Notes: a model not told the origin generated them from the letters alone. DNA of 64,000 nt from Candidatus Bathyarchaeota archaeon (GCA_052246995.1 JBQPWD010000007.1:37111-101110); one strand, 5' to 3'; positions 28,378 through 38,246 are shown, counted from the stretch's first letter. Translations and numbers: made by a program.

Positions 28378-29019
28378 GTGGGTAATTTGACTAAAAAATG
28401 GTTTATAAAATTTGGTTTAACACCAGATAGCATTTTTGAAGCTATAGTTTCAACTTATAATCCAGATGGCTCATGTAATGCGGCACCTATGGGTATAGTT
28501 GTAAGAAAAAGTGGCACGGTTTTGGTAAGACCCTATATTTACACACAAACATATAAAAACTTAAGGTATTGGAGATGTTGCACCATAAATTTTACATGGA
28601 AACCTGAAGTTTTTTTTAAAACAACGTTTAAACGTGTGAAGGGTATCAAAATTCCGTCAGCATGGTTTGAAAATTCCAGAAATATTCACGCTCCAATACT
28701 TAGAGTTGCCGATGGTTATGTTGAGGCTAAAGTTTTAAGATTTAAAGCTTACGGTGATAGGGGACTTTTTTTGTGTAAAGTTTTAGCTTCAAAAATTAGA
28801 TCAAGACCGCCTTTAACATATTTTAGAGCTATCCCCGCAACTATTGAAAGCATCATTCATGCTACAAGAATTTTAAAGTTTAGTGAAGAAGGGGAAATTG
28901 GGAAGGTTAAGGAGCTTTTAAAAATTGTAAACCATTATGATAACCTTGTTAGAAGAGTTGCGCCAAAATCAAGCTTAGTAAGGGTTATGGATGAGCTTAA
29001 AAAGATTTTAGATGAATAA
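28378..29019 (+). CDS. DUF447 family protein (split-barrel; associated with pterin/C1 cofactor genes)
   Basis: EAIVST..DG..NAAPMGI, TQTYKNL and RA...IESIIHATR motifs. Confidence 0.88.
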   Translation: MGNLTKKWFIKFGLTPDSIFEAIVSTYNPDGSCNAAPMGIVVRKSGTVLVRPYIYTQTYKNLRYWRCCTINFTWKPEVFFKTTFKRVKGIKIPSAWFENSRNIHAPILRVADGYVEAKVLRFKAYGDRGLFLCKVLASKIRSRPPLTYFRAIPATIESIIHATRILKFSEEGEIGKVKELLKIVNHYDNLVRRVAPKSSLVRVMDELKKILDE

Positions 29020-29064
29020 AAATTTTTAATGTTGCCTATCTCACATAAACCTTACATATAGCTG

Positions 29065-30153
29065 GTGGGTTTAATGATTTATTCTTATGATGTTGGAAGT
29101 TTACCGTTTGAGGGAGACTATAAGAAATTTTTGGCTGAGGCTTCAAAGCTTGGAGAATATTTTAAGACTAAAGTTGTTGAGACCTTTGTTGATAAAGTTA
29201 AGGCTGGAGTTGACATTCCAAACTACCCCCAATTTAGAGATATGAATGAAATGTTTCTTGAAATGATTGATGGTCTCATTAAGATTGACGGAGAATTCTT
29301 AGCTGGAAGAAACTTAAAAATTAAGGATAATGGCTTTATCCCTGAAGTTAAAGTTTTAAAGGATAACCTAAAGGAAATTTACGAGAAAGTTAATTTTAAA
29401 GTTGAAGTTAAAGTTTGCATCACGGGACCCCATACACTTTCTTACATGTTTAAATACAGGAACCCTGAGCTTTTCCTACAGCTTGCAAATGTTTTAGGAG
29501 AAATTGTGGAAACAAATATTTTTAACGTGAAAGAGGGCGCGGTTAAAATTGTTAGTTTAGATGAACCACTTTTTGCTGTTGTTGATGATCCAAAAATTGA
29601 CTACGGCTCTGAGGGTAGAGAGGCTTTAGTTAAAGCTTGGGAAAAAATATTCTACAAGGCTTACTCAAGAAATGTTAAAACAGCTTTACACTTACACAGC
29701 ACTAGGGATGAGCTATACTTTGCAGTTGAAAATTTAAAAATTATTGAAACACATGTTGAAGATTCATTTTACTTTTCAAAGCATGTAAAAGATATGGTTG
29801 AAAAAAATGATAAACTTATTAAGGCAAGTATCTCTATAACAGATTTTGATAAACTTCTTCAACAAAATCTTGAGAAACAATGTCCCGGTAAGGGTAGAGA
29901 TTTTATTCTTAGGAAAATTGGTGAAATTTGGAATAAAATTAGAGGAGGAAAAGTAAATCCTGAAAAGTTTCTGGAGGATAAAGAAGTTTTAAGAAAGAGA
30001 CTTGAAAAAATTGTAGAGTTTTTTGGTGTTGAGAGAGTTCCATATGCCGGGACGGAATGTGGTTTAAGAGGATTTCCCACCTACAATGTAGCGTTAAAAT
30101 GTCTAGAAAATGTTTCAAATGTTGTTAGAGATTTTAGGAAAACAGGTATTTAG
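29065..30153 (+). CDS. Methionine synthase catalytic-domain-like methyltransferase (MetE C-terminal/URO-D superfamily)
   Basis: DVGSLP, YPQFRDM, VCITGPHTL, SLDEP, LHLHS and ECGLRG motifs; single-barrel length. Start probably ATG 29074. Confidence 0.8.
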   Translation: MGLMIYSYDVGSLPFEGDYKKFLAEASKLGEYFKTKVVETFVDKVKAGVDIPNYPQFRDMNEMFLEMIDGLIKIDGEFLAGRNLKIKDNGFIPEVKVLKDNLKEIYEKVNFKVEVKVCITGPHTLSYMFKYRNPELFLQLANVLGEIVETNIFNVKEGAVKIVSLDEPLFAVVDDPKIDYGSEGREALVKAWEKIFYKAYSRNVKTALHLHSTRDELYFAVENLKIIETHVEDSFYFSKHVKDMVEKNDKLIKASISITDFDKLLQQNLEKQCPGKGRDFILRKIGEIWNKIRGGKVNPEKFLEDKEVLRKRLEKIVEFFGVERVPYAGTECGLRGFPTYNVALKCLENVSNVVRDFRKTGI

Positions 30154-30163
30154 AAAAACTAGT

Positions 30164-30340
30164 TTAACTCTTTCCGCCAACAAGCCAGTTTTGTCCTGGA
30201 GACCTTTTTAGGATTACACGTTTTTCATAGTTTCTCCTATTCCTATGCTTAGGTATTGGAGATTTCTTCTCTCTTGCAGGAATCTTAGGGGTTTGCATCC
30301 TAACTTTACCAGCTTTTGTAAGTGAACCATGAGTTGGCAT
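30164..30340 (-). CDS. rps30e: 30S ribosomal protein S30e
   Basis: Manual translation [42 protein letters not shown]...; below the ORF-track cutoff. Confidence 0.96.
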   Translation of the reverse strand: MPTHGSLTKAGKVRMQTPKIPAREKKSPIPKHRNRRNYEKRVILKRSPGQNWLVGGKS

Positions 30341-30388
30341 AACTTAATCACCAAACTAGAGAATAATGTACAGGTATTTTAACGTTTA

Positions 30389-31207
30389 CTAAACTTTAAT
30401 TCTTTTACCAGAAGCATTCCTACTACAAACTCCAAACTCCCTAACCCTAGCCAAAATTTTACTTGAAAATACAGGTCCATCTGTACAAACCCTTAACCCG
30501 TCAATAACACAACTCCCACATAAACCAACTCCACATTTAACATACCTAGTTAAGCTAAGTTGAGCTTCAACCTTAGCTTTTAAAGCTAACTCTAAAACCT
30601 TTTTCAGCATTAACTCAGGACCAGAAGCATAAATCTGCTTAAAAGGCCTATTCTCCTTTAAAACTTTCTCTAAAAGGTTTGAAGCTAAACCCTTAAACCC
30701 TTCAGACCCATCTTCTGTTGCCTTTAAAACATTTTTCAAACCCAAAATTTTTTCAGCTTCCCTAGTAAAAATAAGCTCATCCTTAGATTTTGCCCCAACT
30801 ATTAAAATTGGTTTACCTCCAAGTTTTTTAAGCTGTCTGATTAACGGCAACAGAGAAACAACGCCAACTCCACCGCCAACAAGCAAAACATTTCCTTTAA
30901 CAATGTTGAAACCATTCCCATATGGACCACGAATACCCACCACATCTCCTTTTTTAAGCTTATGAAGCGCTTCAGTTGCCTCACCAACCATTTTTACCGT
31001 TATAGCTGAAACATCAGCTTCATCCATGTAGGATAAGCTCATAGGCACCTCATCAACACCCGGAACCCAAACCATTAGAAACTGGCCAGGTTTAGCTTTT
31101 GAAGCTAAACTATCCTTAAAAAATATGGTTTTAACAGTTGGAGACTCAACTTTAACATTTAAAACCTTAACAATCCTAGGTTTATGGTGAAGGTTTAAAC
31201 TCTTCAT
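30389..31207 (-). CDS. pyrK: Dihydroorotate dehydrogenase electron transfer subunit
   Basis: PGQFLMVWVPG, RGPYGNGF, GGGVG, TEDGSEG and CGVGLCGSC...CTDGPVF motifs. Confidence 0.95.
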   Translation of the reverse strand: MKSLNLHHKPRIVKVLNVKVESPTVKTIFFKDSLASKAKPGQFLMVWVPGVDEVPMSLSYMDEADVSAITVKMVGEATEALHKLKKGDVVGIRGPYGNGFNIVKGNVLLVGGGVGVVSLLPLIRQLKKLGGKPILIVGAKSKDELIFTREAEKILGLKNVLKATEDGSEGFKGLASNLLEKVLKENRPFKQIYASGPELMLKKVLELALKAKVEAQLSLTRYVKCGVGLCGSCVIDGLRVCTDGPVFSSKILARVREFGVCSRNASGKRIKV

Positions 31208-32115
31208 TTTACAGCCCTTCCAACAAGCTCATCAACAGATAAGTATCCTTTTCTTTTTAGATGTTTTTCTAAACCACCTAAAATTTCACCAAAAACTTTG
31301 AAACCTTTAACCATTAAACCCGTTCCAACTTGAATAAGCGAGGCGCCAGCAAGGAAAAATTCTACGGCATCCTTCCAACAGTAAACTCCTCCACAACCAA
31401 TAATTGGTATATTTAGCTTTGCCTTGTAAACTTCATAAACACAAGCTAAAGCTATAGGTTTTAACGCTGAACCTGAAAGCCCACCGAAAATTCCACTAAG
31501 AATGGGTTTTTCAACATGAATGTCTACAGCTAAACCTTTAACTGTATTTATTAAGGTTAATGCGTCGGCACCAGCTTCTGCTGCTGCTTTAGCTGTTAAA
31601 ACAATATCTGTAACATTAGCAGTTAATTTAACGAAAACAGGAATTTCAACTGAGTTTTTAACAGCTTTTGTAACCTTGCCTACAAGTTTAGGGTTTTGTC
31701 CAATAAGTCGAACCTTTTCCACGTGCGGGCAACTACAGTTTAACTCTAAACCATCAACACCAGCATCATGAAGATCTTTAGCAACCTTAACATATTCTTC
31801 AACATTAAAACCGTAGATACTTGCTATTAATGGAACCTTAAGCTTGCCACTAATACACCTTAACTCCTCAGAGGCTTCTTCAACCCCAGGGCTGGGTAAA
31901 CCCATACAGTTTAAAAGCCCACAGCTAACCTCAACGATTGTTGGATTTGGATTTCCCACCCTAGGTTTTAAACCTATAGATTTTGTTACAACTCCTCCAG
32001 CACCAGCCTTTACAAGCCTTTTAAGGCTTGAGGCGGTTAATCCTAACATTCCTGAAGCATTTAAAACCGGGTTTTTAAACTTTAAACCTGCAATTTCAAC
32101 CATAAGTTTAACCAT
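31204..32115 (-). CDS. pyrD: Dihydroorotate dehydrogenase catalytic subunit (family 1B)
   Basis: NASG, VTKS, GNPNP, ELNCSCPH, VKL, INTV and GGLSG motifs. Confidence 0.96.
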   Translation of the reverse strand: MVKLMVEIAGLKFKNPVLNASGMLGLTASSLKRLVKAGAGGVVTKSIGLKPRVGNPNPTIVEVSCGLLNCMGLPSPGVEEASEELRCISGKLKVPLIASIYGFNVEEYVKVAKDLHDAGVDGLELNCSCPHVEKVRLIGQNPKLVGKVTKAVKNSVEIPVFVKLTANVTDIVLTAKAAAEAGADALTLINTVKGLAVDIHVEKPILSGIFGGLSGSALKPIALACVYEVYKAKLNIPIIGCGGVYCWKDAVEFFLAGASLIQVGTGLMVKGFKVFGEILGGLEKHLKRKGYLSVDELVGRAVK

Positions 32116-32221
32116 TCTGAACGCCTAACCTTACCATGAATATTGTAACCTTTAAAGGTTACATAAGCAAAAATAAAATAAGAATTTACGTACGAATATT
32201 GGTTTAAGGGATAGTTGAAAC

Positions 32222-33424
32222 ATGGAGAAAGTATTCATAGTTGATTCTGCTTTAGGATTTTTAGCTTTAAACCAAGATAATGCTATCGTAGATAAGGTTT
32301 TATTCCCAAAAAGCCCTGAAAAAGCTGCTGAAAAGGTTTTAAGAGTTGAAGCTGGGGAAGTTATTGAGGAAGTGGAGGAGATTGTTAAACGGTTTACCAG
32401 TAGGAAAGATGTGAAACTTGTTCTTGAAAATAGCAATTTAGCTAAAAACATCCATGAAAAGTTTAAGATTGATGTTGAAGTTGAGAAACCTTCCAAGGCT
32501 GGAGAGTATTTAAGGGCTAACCTTCCAGAAGTTGCTGTTCAAACTGGATTTTCTGGAAGTAAAGACGAGTTTTACAGCTTCCTCCATGAGTTTTCTATAG
32601 CTTTAACAAAGGCTAAGGTTAGAAGGGAAGTTATGAGAAGGGATAAAATTGTTATTCAGCTTATAAATGCTGTTGACGAGCTTGATAAAACTTTAAACCT
32701 CTATGCTGGAAGAATAGGGGAGTGGTACGGTTTACACTTCCCTGAGCTTAGTAAGATTGTTGATGCTCATGAAACATATGTTAAACTTATTAGGAATGTA
32801 GGTTTAAGAGAAAACTTTAATGCTGAAAAATTGGCTAAACTTGAAATGCCAAAATCTAAGGTTGAAAAAATAGTTGAAACCGCCAAATCATCCATAGGAG
32901 CCCCAATGAGTATTAAAGATGTAGAGGTTCTTCAAAGATTTTGCGACTTATACCTTGAAACATTAGCTATTAGACAACTTTTAACAGAAAAGATTGACGA
33001 AATTATGGGGGAGATTGCACCAAACATTAAGGCTTTAGCAGGTCCAACTCTTGGTGCTAGATTAATAGCTTTAAGTGGAGGTTTAGAGGAACTTGCAAAA
33101 CTTCCAGCAAGCACAATCCAAGTTCTTGGGGCTGAAAAAGCCCTTTTTAGAGCTTTAAGAACAGGTGCAAAACCTCCAAAGCATGGTGTTATTTTCCAAC
33201 ATTACCTTATACGTCAAGCCCCAAAGTGGCAAAGAGGTAAAATTGCCAGGGCTTTAGCAGGTAAGCTTGCAATAGCTGCAAGGGTAGATGCTTTTACATG
33301 CATAGACCAAGGTGAAAAGTTTAAAAGTGAGCTTGAAAAAAGGGTTGAGGAGATAAGAGAGAAATATAAGGCTCCACCACCCAAACCCAGTAAAGGAAAG
33401 AAGATTAAAAAGAAGAAAGGATAG
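32222..33424 (+). CDS. nop5: C/D box sRNP protein Nop5 (Nop56/58)
   Basis: EWYGLHFPEL, LPASTIQVLGAEKALF, PPKHGVIFQ and RGKIARALA motifs; Lys-rich tail. Confidence 0.97.
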   Translation: MEKVFIVDSALGFLALNQDNAIVDKVLFPKSPEKAAEKVLRVEAGEVIEEVEEIVKRFTSRKDVKLVLENSNLAKNIHEKFKIDVEVEKPSKAGEYLRANLPEVAVQTGFSGSKDEFYSFLHEFSIALTKAKVRREVMRRDKIVIQLINAVDELDKTLNLYAGRIGEWYGLHFPELSKIVDAHETYVKLIRNVGLRENFNAEKLAKLEMPKSKVEKIVETAKSSIGAPMSIKDVEVLQRFCDLYLETLAIRQLLTEKIDEIMGEIAPNIKALAGPTLGARLIALSGGLEELAKLPASTIQVLGAEKALFRALRTGAKPPKHGVIFQHYLIRQAPKWQRGKIARALAGKLAIAARVDAFTCIDQGEKFKSELEKRVEEIREKYKAPPPKPSKGKKIKKKKG

Positions 33425-33430
33425 GTAGCT

Positions 33431-34126
33431 TTGAACGTTGTAAAGGTTGAACCTCAAGGTTTTAATGGGGTATTTTGGGTTTTCTTTGAGGATGGAGGCC
33501 GTAAACTTGCAACAAAAAATCTAGCTCCTGGAAGGGTTGTTTACGGGGAAAGACTTGTAAAGTTTCAAGGTGTTGAATATAGGGTTTGGGATCCCTATAG
33601 AAGTAAGCTTGCTGCAGCTATACTTAAAGGTTTAAAGGTGTTTCCTTTGAAGGAGGCTGATAAGGTTTTATACCTTGGAGCGGCTACAGGTACAACTGCA
33701 AGCCATGTTTCAGATATTGTTGGTTTAAGTGGAAGGGTTTACTGTGTAGATTTTGCTGAAAGAGTTGTTAGAGAGCTAACAAACAATGTTTGCGTTTATA
33801 GGTCCAACATGTTTCCTATACTTGCAGATGCCAGACATCCTGAAGTTTACAGGTTTATGGTTGAAAAGGTTAACTTTATTTATTGTGATGTTGCCCAACC
33901 TGAGCAGGCTAAGATTTTAGCTGATAACGCTGAATTATACCTTAAAAAGGATGGTAAAGCTGCGATAGCTATTAAAGCTAGAAGTATAGATGTAACCAAG
34001 GAACCTTCAGAAGTTTTTAAGCGTGAAGTTAAAATTTTAGAGGATAGAGGATTTAAAAGGATTGACGCGGTAAATCTTGAGCCCTATGATAAAGCTCACA
34101 GCTTAATAGTTGTAGAGCATAGGTAA
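33431..34126 (+). CDS. flpA: Fibrillarin-like rRNA/tRNA 2'-O-methyltransferase
   Basis: VYGE, WDPYRSKLAAAI, VLYLGAATGTT.SHVSD and DVAQPEQ motifs. Confidence 0.97.
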   Translation: MNVVKVEPQGFNGVFWVFFEDGGRKLATKNLAPGRVVYGERLVKFQGVEYRVWDPYRSKLAAAILKGLKVFPLKEADKVLYLGAATGTTASHVSDIVGLSGRVYCVDFAERVVRELTNNVCVYRSNMFPILADARHPEVYRFMVEKVNFIYCDVAQPEQAKILADNAELYLKKDGKAAIAIKARSIDVTKEPSEVFKREVKILEDRGFKRIDAVNLEPYDKAHSLIVVEHR

Positions 34127-34132
34127 AGGCTT

Positions 34133-34582
34133 ATGGATAGCATTCGTGGTTATGACCGTTATCTAGCTTATGTTGAACGTTTAATTAGAGATATAAATAA
34201 ACATCTACCAAAAAACAGGAAAACTTTAGCTCAACTTTTGGTTGAAAAGGATGCTTGGGTTGAGGCTCACGATGGAAACAATATATACTTTAAGAGGAGA
34301 GATTTAGAAAACGTGTCAAAAATTATTCCTGAAGTTTTTCATTGGAGAGTTATGTTTCCCATAGTTGTTATAAGAATGATGAAACTTGGTCAAGGAGTAT
34401 TTATTGTTGCAGGTGGAAGGTTTGAGAAGCACCTGGTAAAAACTGTTTTAGGTTTAACCAATGAACCTTTTAGTAGGGCTAAGGAAGAAGAAATCTACAT
34501 TTATAAGCCTCAAGTTCAAGAGTTAATAGGCAAGCTTGGAAGCTTAGTTGTTGTAGGTTTTGAGGCCCCCCAAGAAGACTGA
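34133..34582 (+). CDS. DUF61 family protein
   Basis: INKHLPKNRKTLAQLL...DG...F motif; usual position downstream of fibrillarin. Confidence 0.8.
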   Translation: MDSIRGYDRYLAYVERLIRDINKHLPKNRKTLAQLLVEKDAWVEAHDGNNIYFKRRDLENVSKIIPEVFHWRVMFPIVVIRMMKLGQGVFIVAGGRFEKHLVKTVLGLTNEPFSRAKEEEIYIYKPQVQELIGKLGSLVVVGFEAPQED

Positions 34583-34631
34583 CATTACCATAAAGTGGTG
34601 TTGAAGATGTCGATGGAGGGATTGATAATTT

Positions 34632-35036
34632 ATGAGTGAAAAGAAAGTTGTAGGTAGAAATGTAGCTATTACACTAGCAATAGCATGCATAGTCCTGGCA
34701 GCTGGTTTAGTAGGGGCAATAGCATACTATACATCGGTAACAGAATCTCTTAAGTCGGCTCAACTTCACGAGGTTAACTTTAACTGGGAGTGGCATGAGC
34801 CTTGGATGGGTAAGTATTATGTGCGTGTAACTGGTGTTGTTTTTAATTCAGGAGAATACACGGCTAAGAATACCAGGATAGATATATGGTTATACGATTC
34901 AAACAAAGCCCTAATCAAAAGCTACACTATAAACCTTGGAGAGATCCCTGGAAAATCTTACAGAAGCTTTAGCGTGGAGGTCGAATATGGAAAAATACAT
35001 TGTGCACAGTATGAGTATAAAATTGGGTACGATTAA
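34632..35036 (+). CDS. Membrane-anchored protein with an Ig-like (FxLYD-like) extracellular domain
   Basis: N-terminal TM helix; VTGVVFNSG..TAKN.RI.IWLYD...G.IPG beta-sandwich pattern. Confidence 0.65.
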   Translation: MSEKKVVGRNVAITLAIACIVLAAGLVGAIAYYTSVTESLKSAQLHEVNFNWEWHEPWMGKYYVRVTGVVFNSGEYTAKNTRIDIWLYDSNKALIKSYTINLGEIPGKSYRSFSVEVEYGKIHCAQYEYKIGYD

Positions 35037-35113
35037 GTCTAACTCTTTTTTAATTTTAGGTTTAGAGTTGATGTACAGGATAAAGTTTTTAGTACTATAC
35101 CTCTTTTACAATT

Positions 35114-35782
35114 TTAAAGCTCAAGTTTGTCCTGCTTAACTAGAAGTTTTTTTACTGTTTTCCATGATTTTCTTGCAAATTCTGGCGGCTGTTTATAGGT
35201 TTTTATCCATTCTTCCAAGAATTTTACCGTTTTTACATCATGAGGATATCCGCTTCCAAAATCTCCGTAGATGTTTTTAAGCTCCTCTACAACATTGTCC
35301 CTGTGAACCTTCGCCAGAATTGAGGCTGCGCCTACAACTAACCATTTTTGGTCTGCGTTATGCTCTGAAACTATCCTAATTTTCTTTGTTAAAAAATCTC
35401 CTACCCATCTACCAAATCTTTCAGCATTAACATCCGAAGCGTCAATATAGACTATGTCAGGATTTAACTCTTCAATAACCCGAGCCATAACTTTAGCTTC
35501 AAGCCAATTTAGTTTTTGAAGCTTTTTACCTTTTAAAACATAAAAGTCGATTTCAGCTGGAGTTACCTCAACAACCTTAAATCTTAAGGCGAAACTTTTA
35601 ATCTTCTCAGCAATCTCCTCCCTTTCCTTAGGAGTTAGAAGCTTAGAGTCTTTAACGCCCACATCTCCTAAAACCTTAACTTTCTTTTCATCAAAAACAA
35701 CTCCTGCAATGACCAGTGGACCGAAAACACAACCTCTACCAGCTTCATCAACACCACAAATAAGCATAAAATAAACTTCCAA
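35114..35782 (-). CDS. rnhB: Ribonuclease HII
   Basis: GVDEAGRG, VKDSKLL, AASILAKV and GSGYP motifs. Start probably the internal Met (MLICG). Confidence 0.96.
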   Translation of the reverse strand: MEVYFMLICGVDEAGRGCVFGPLVIAGVVFDEKKVKVLGDVGVKDSKLLTPKEREEIAEKIKSFALRFKVVEVTPAEIDFYVLKGKKLQKLNWLEAKVMARVIEELNPDIVYIDASDVNAERFGRWVGDFLTKKIRIVSEHNADQKWLVVGAASILAKVHRDNVVEELKNIYGDFGSGYPHDVKTVKFLEEWIKTYKQPPEFARKSWKTVKKLLVKQDKLEL

Positions 35783-35839
35783 AAGCTTAGCTTTAACATT
35801 TCCTTCTTACTTCAGCATAATAGCTTAAGCGAAAAACCG

Positions 35840-36139
35840 CTATCCTTTACCAATAATCTTCTTCATTACATCCAAAAACTCCTTGCTGTAGGGAGAGCTT
35901 GCCCTATAAAAGGTTTCGCATGGAAAATCCTTGCAATCTCTAATGCAAAAGTCTAAACCCCTTTTTGATGCACATTCCAAAACTGAACATGCAAACCCGA
36001 AGGCAGCTTTTTGCTTTTCAAGTTTTAAGAAGGCTTTAGAGCCTTCCACACAACCGTCAGTAGGACATTTACCTTCAATGTATGCTCTACAAACATCACA
36101 ATTTATTCCGCAAGCAGCAGTAGGCATACAACCCACCAC
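35840..36139 (-). CDS. Cys-rich small protein (DUF3795-like)
   Basis: ACGINCDVC...C..GC...C.VLECA..RGLDFC..C.DFPC pattern. Confidence 0.75.
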   Translation of the reverse strand: MVGCMPTAACGINCDVCRAYIEGKCPTDGCVEGSKAFLKLEKQKAAFGFACSVLECASKRGLDFCIRDCKDFPCETFYRASSPYSKEFLDVMKKIIGKG

Positions 36140-36204
36140 AACTAAGCTTTAAGCTACACAGAAAATTGTCCTCTTTACTATTAAAAACTACTTAAATTAG
36201 AAGG

Positions 36205-36522
36205 TTAAGCATAATGTCTCCATGTTAAGCCGCACTTGGTACATCGGAAAAATTGTGTTGTAGGTTCGTCTCCACTTCTTGTTTGAACAAACCAGTAGTA
36301 TGCTTCCTTATTTCCACATCTGGAACATTCAACCTTAGTTGTTGGCATTGTTTTAATTTCAGCTACATCTTCTCCAATAACAACTATAGGCTCCTTCTTC
36401 CCCATAGAATCCATGTTAAGGTAAACCTTCTTTTCAGCAACTTCTTCGAAACCGCATGTGGGACATTTTAAAAGCTGTCCGGTAGGCTTTAGCCTTCTAC
36501 CACAGTTAGGACAAAACTTCAT
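36205..36522 (-). CDS. tfs: Transcription factor S, paralogue 2
   Basis: MKFCPNCG...CSRCGNKEAYYWFVQTRSGDEPTTQFFRCTKCG. Start ATG 36522. Confidence 0.93.
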   Translation of the reverse strand: MKFCPNCGRRLKPTGQLLKCPTCGFEEVAEKKVYLNMDSMGKKEPIVVIGEDVAEIKTMPTTKVECSRCGNKEAYYWFVQTRSGDEPTTQFFRCTKCGLTWRHYA

Positions 36523-36758
36523 AAACCCGAAACCTCGCAACAAACTATAACTTAAAGTCAAGTTTTAGGAAAAACGTGTTAACCTTATCTATTTCTATTC
36601 TTCATTATTCAAAAATTTTTCTGCTTGGAATATAATAATTATCCATGCAAGTAATTGGCGTGGGAGATTGTAAAGTTAAAATAACATTAAAGTAGATGTT
36701 GTTGGTACACGGCACCATCAAAATTTTGCTGTTTTTAAGCTTAGCTCAATAAACCTGT

Positions 36759-37022
36759 TTAACCATACCTAATTCTAACGCCTGTCCCACCTTTAGGCCA
36801 TGAAAATTTTATAGCGTTTTCAGGACAAACAAACCAGCATACCCCACACTCAAAACATGTTTCAAAATTTTCCACTACAGCCTTCCCCTCTCTAATTTTA
36901 ATACATCTTCCAAGGCAAACTCTAACACACCTACTACAACCAGTACAAAGCTCAGGATTAATAGTTACGAACTTACCTGTACCTGGAACCCATTCAACAC
37001 CTAAAATTTTCTCCTCAGCCAT
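36759..37022 (-). CDS. FixX-like 2x[4Fe-4S] ferredoxin
   Basis: CTGCSRCVRVC and CFECGVCWFVCP; C-terminal WPKGGTGVRIRYG typical of FixX. Confidence 0.88.
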   Translation of the reverse strand: MAEEKILGVEWVPGTGKFVTINPELCTGCSRCVRVCLGRCIKIREGKAVVENFETCFECGVCWFVCPENAIKFSWPKGGTGVRIRYG

Positions 37023-37040
37023 CTCTGTCCACCCACCTTA

Positions 37041-38246
37041 CTAAAATGCATCTAAACCTAAAAGGACAGGCATGCTGTAAATTTCAAGTATACCCCTCTT
37101 CATTAAAGAGGGATTTCCAGCGTACTGTATAAGATTTTTCCTACCGTAATCTTTAAGTCTACGTGCAATTATTGATGATTTCCAAAGCTCCTCATACCTT
37201 TTTAGTGTTGTAGCTGAATAATCTCCTTTTGATACTGCCTCAGCAGCAACCTCAGCAGCCATTTTACCTGAAAGCATAGCTGTATGTATTCCATCACCTT
37301 GAGATGAAGCTTCAAAACCTGCAGCATCTCCAACAATTAAAATTCCATTACCATAGGTTTTATCCATACCCTTCTGCTCCCTATCAAGCCCACCATAAAT
37401 TGGGTAGGGTCTCCACATTTTTGCTCTAAGCTTAGCTTTACCGAAGTTTTTCTTCCAGTAATCAAGCTCAAAAAATTTTCTGTAGATAGATTCAAAGTTT
37501 AAACCTGTTTCAGCAAGAAAACTTACACTAACACCTACACCAAAGTGGAAACTCTTCTTGTATGGGAAAATTCCAAAATACCCTGAAATTCCTGGAGATG
37601 GGACAAATTTTCCATCCAAGTCCCAGAAGGTTATGAAGTAGTTTCCACCTAAAGCTTCATCTAAATCCTTTTCAGACGGCATTTCAAAATCTAACCATAA
37701 ACCATGCATCATATCACTGGGTGAAAACTTTCTTCGAATTCCAGCCTTAATTCCAATTAGAGACCAAACACCATCAGCGGCTATAGTAATTTTTGACTTA
37801 AACTTTTCACCATTATCGGTAACGATACCTCTAACAAAACCATCCTCCTTAACAACGTCAACGGCAACAGTTGAAGTTTTAAGTTCAGCTCCAGCCTCAA
37901 CAGCCTTTTTAGCTAAAAACTCAACAAACGGTTGACAGTAAATACCGTAACAAAATGGGAAATCGTACCTTTCAACCTTAACAGTAGCTTCGACTTTACC
38001 ATCCCTTAAAAAGTGGGATATAACACCAAACCAAGGCCTTTCTAATGGAGCTTCAGCAGCCCAAGGAAAATCTTGGAAAACTAGGATAGGTAAGCCAGTA
38101 CCTGAAACAATTTTCTCACCAGGTTTGAGTGACCTCTCAACTATTAAAGTTTTAAGACCCTTCTCAGCAGCAACCTTACCTGCAACACAACCAGCAAAGC
38201 TTGCACCAACAACAATTAAATCATAGTCAAATTTTTCATTAACCAT
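37041..38246 (-). CDS. FAD-dependent oxidoreductase, FixC/geranylgeranyl reductase family
   Basis: YDLIVVGASFAG, IAADG, ILIVGDAAGF and GIHTAMLSGKMAAE motifs. Confidence 0.88.
   Translation of the reverse strand: MVNEKFDYDLIVVGASFAGCVAGKVAAEKGLKTLIVERSLKPGEKIVSGTGLPILVFQDFPWAAEAPLERPWFGVISHFLRDGKVEATVKVERYDFPFCYGIYCQPFVEFLAKKAVEAGAELKTSTVAVDVVKEDGFVRGIVTDNGEKFKSKITIAADGVWSLIGIKAGIRRKFSPSDMMHGLWLDFEMPSEKDLDEALGGNYFITFWDLDGKFVPSPGISGYFGIFPYKKSFHFGVGVSVSFLAETGLNFESIYRKFFELDYWKKNFGKAKLRAKMWRPYPIYGGLDREQKGMDKTYGNGILIVGDAAGFEASSQGDGIHTAMLSGKMAAEVAAEAVSKGDYSATTLKRYEELWKSSIIARRLKDYGRKNLIQYAGNPSLMKRGILEIYSMPVLLGLDAF

Noticed and set aside
32222-34632. C/D box guide sRNAs near nop5/fibrillarin
   Set aside because: No convincing RUGAUGA...CUGA pair with proper spacing was found by eye in the adjacent intergenic DNA.
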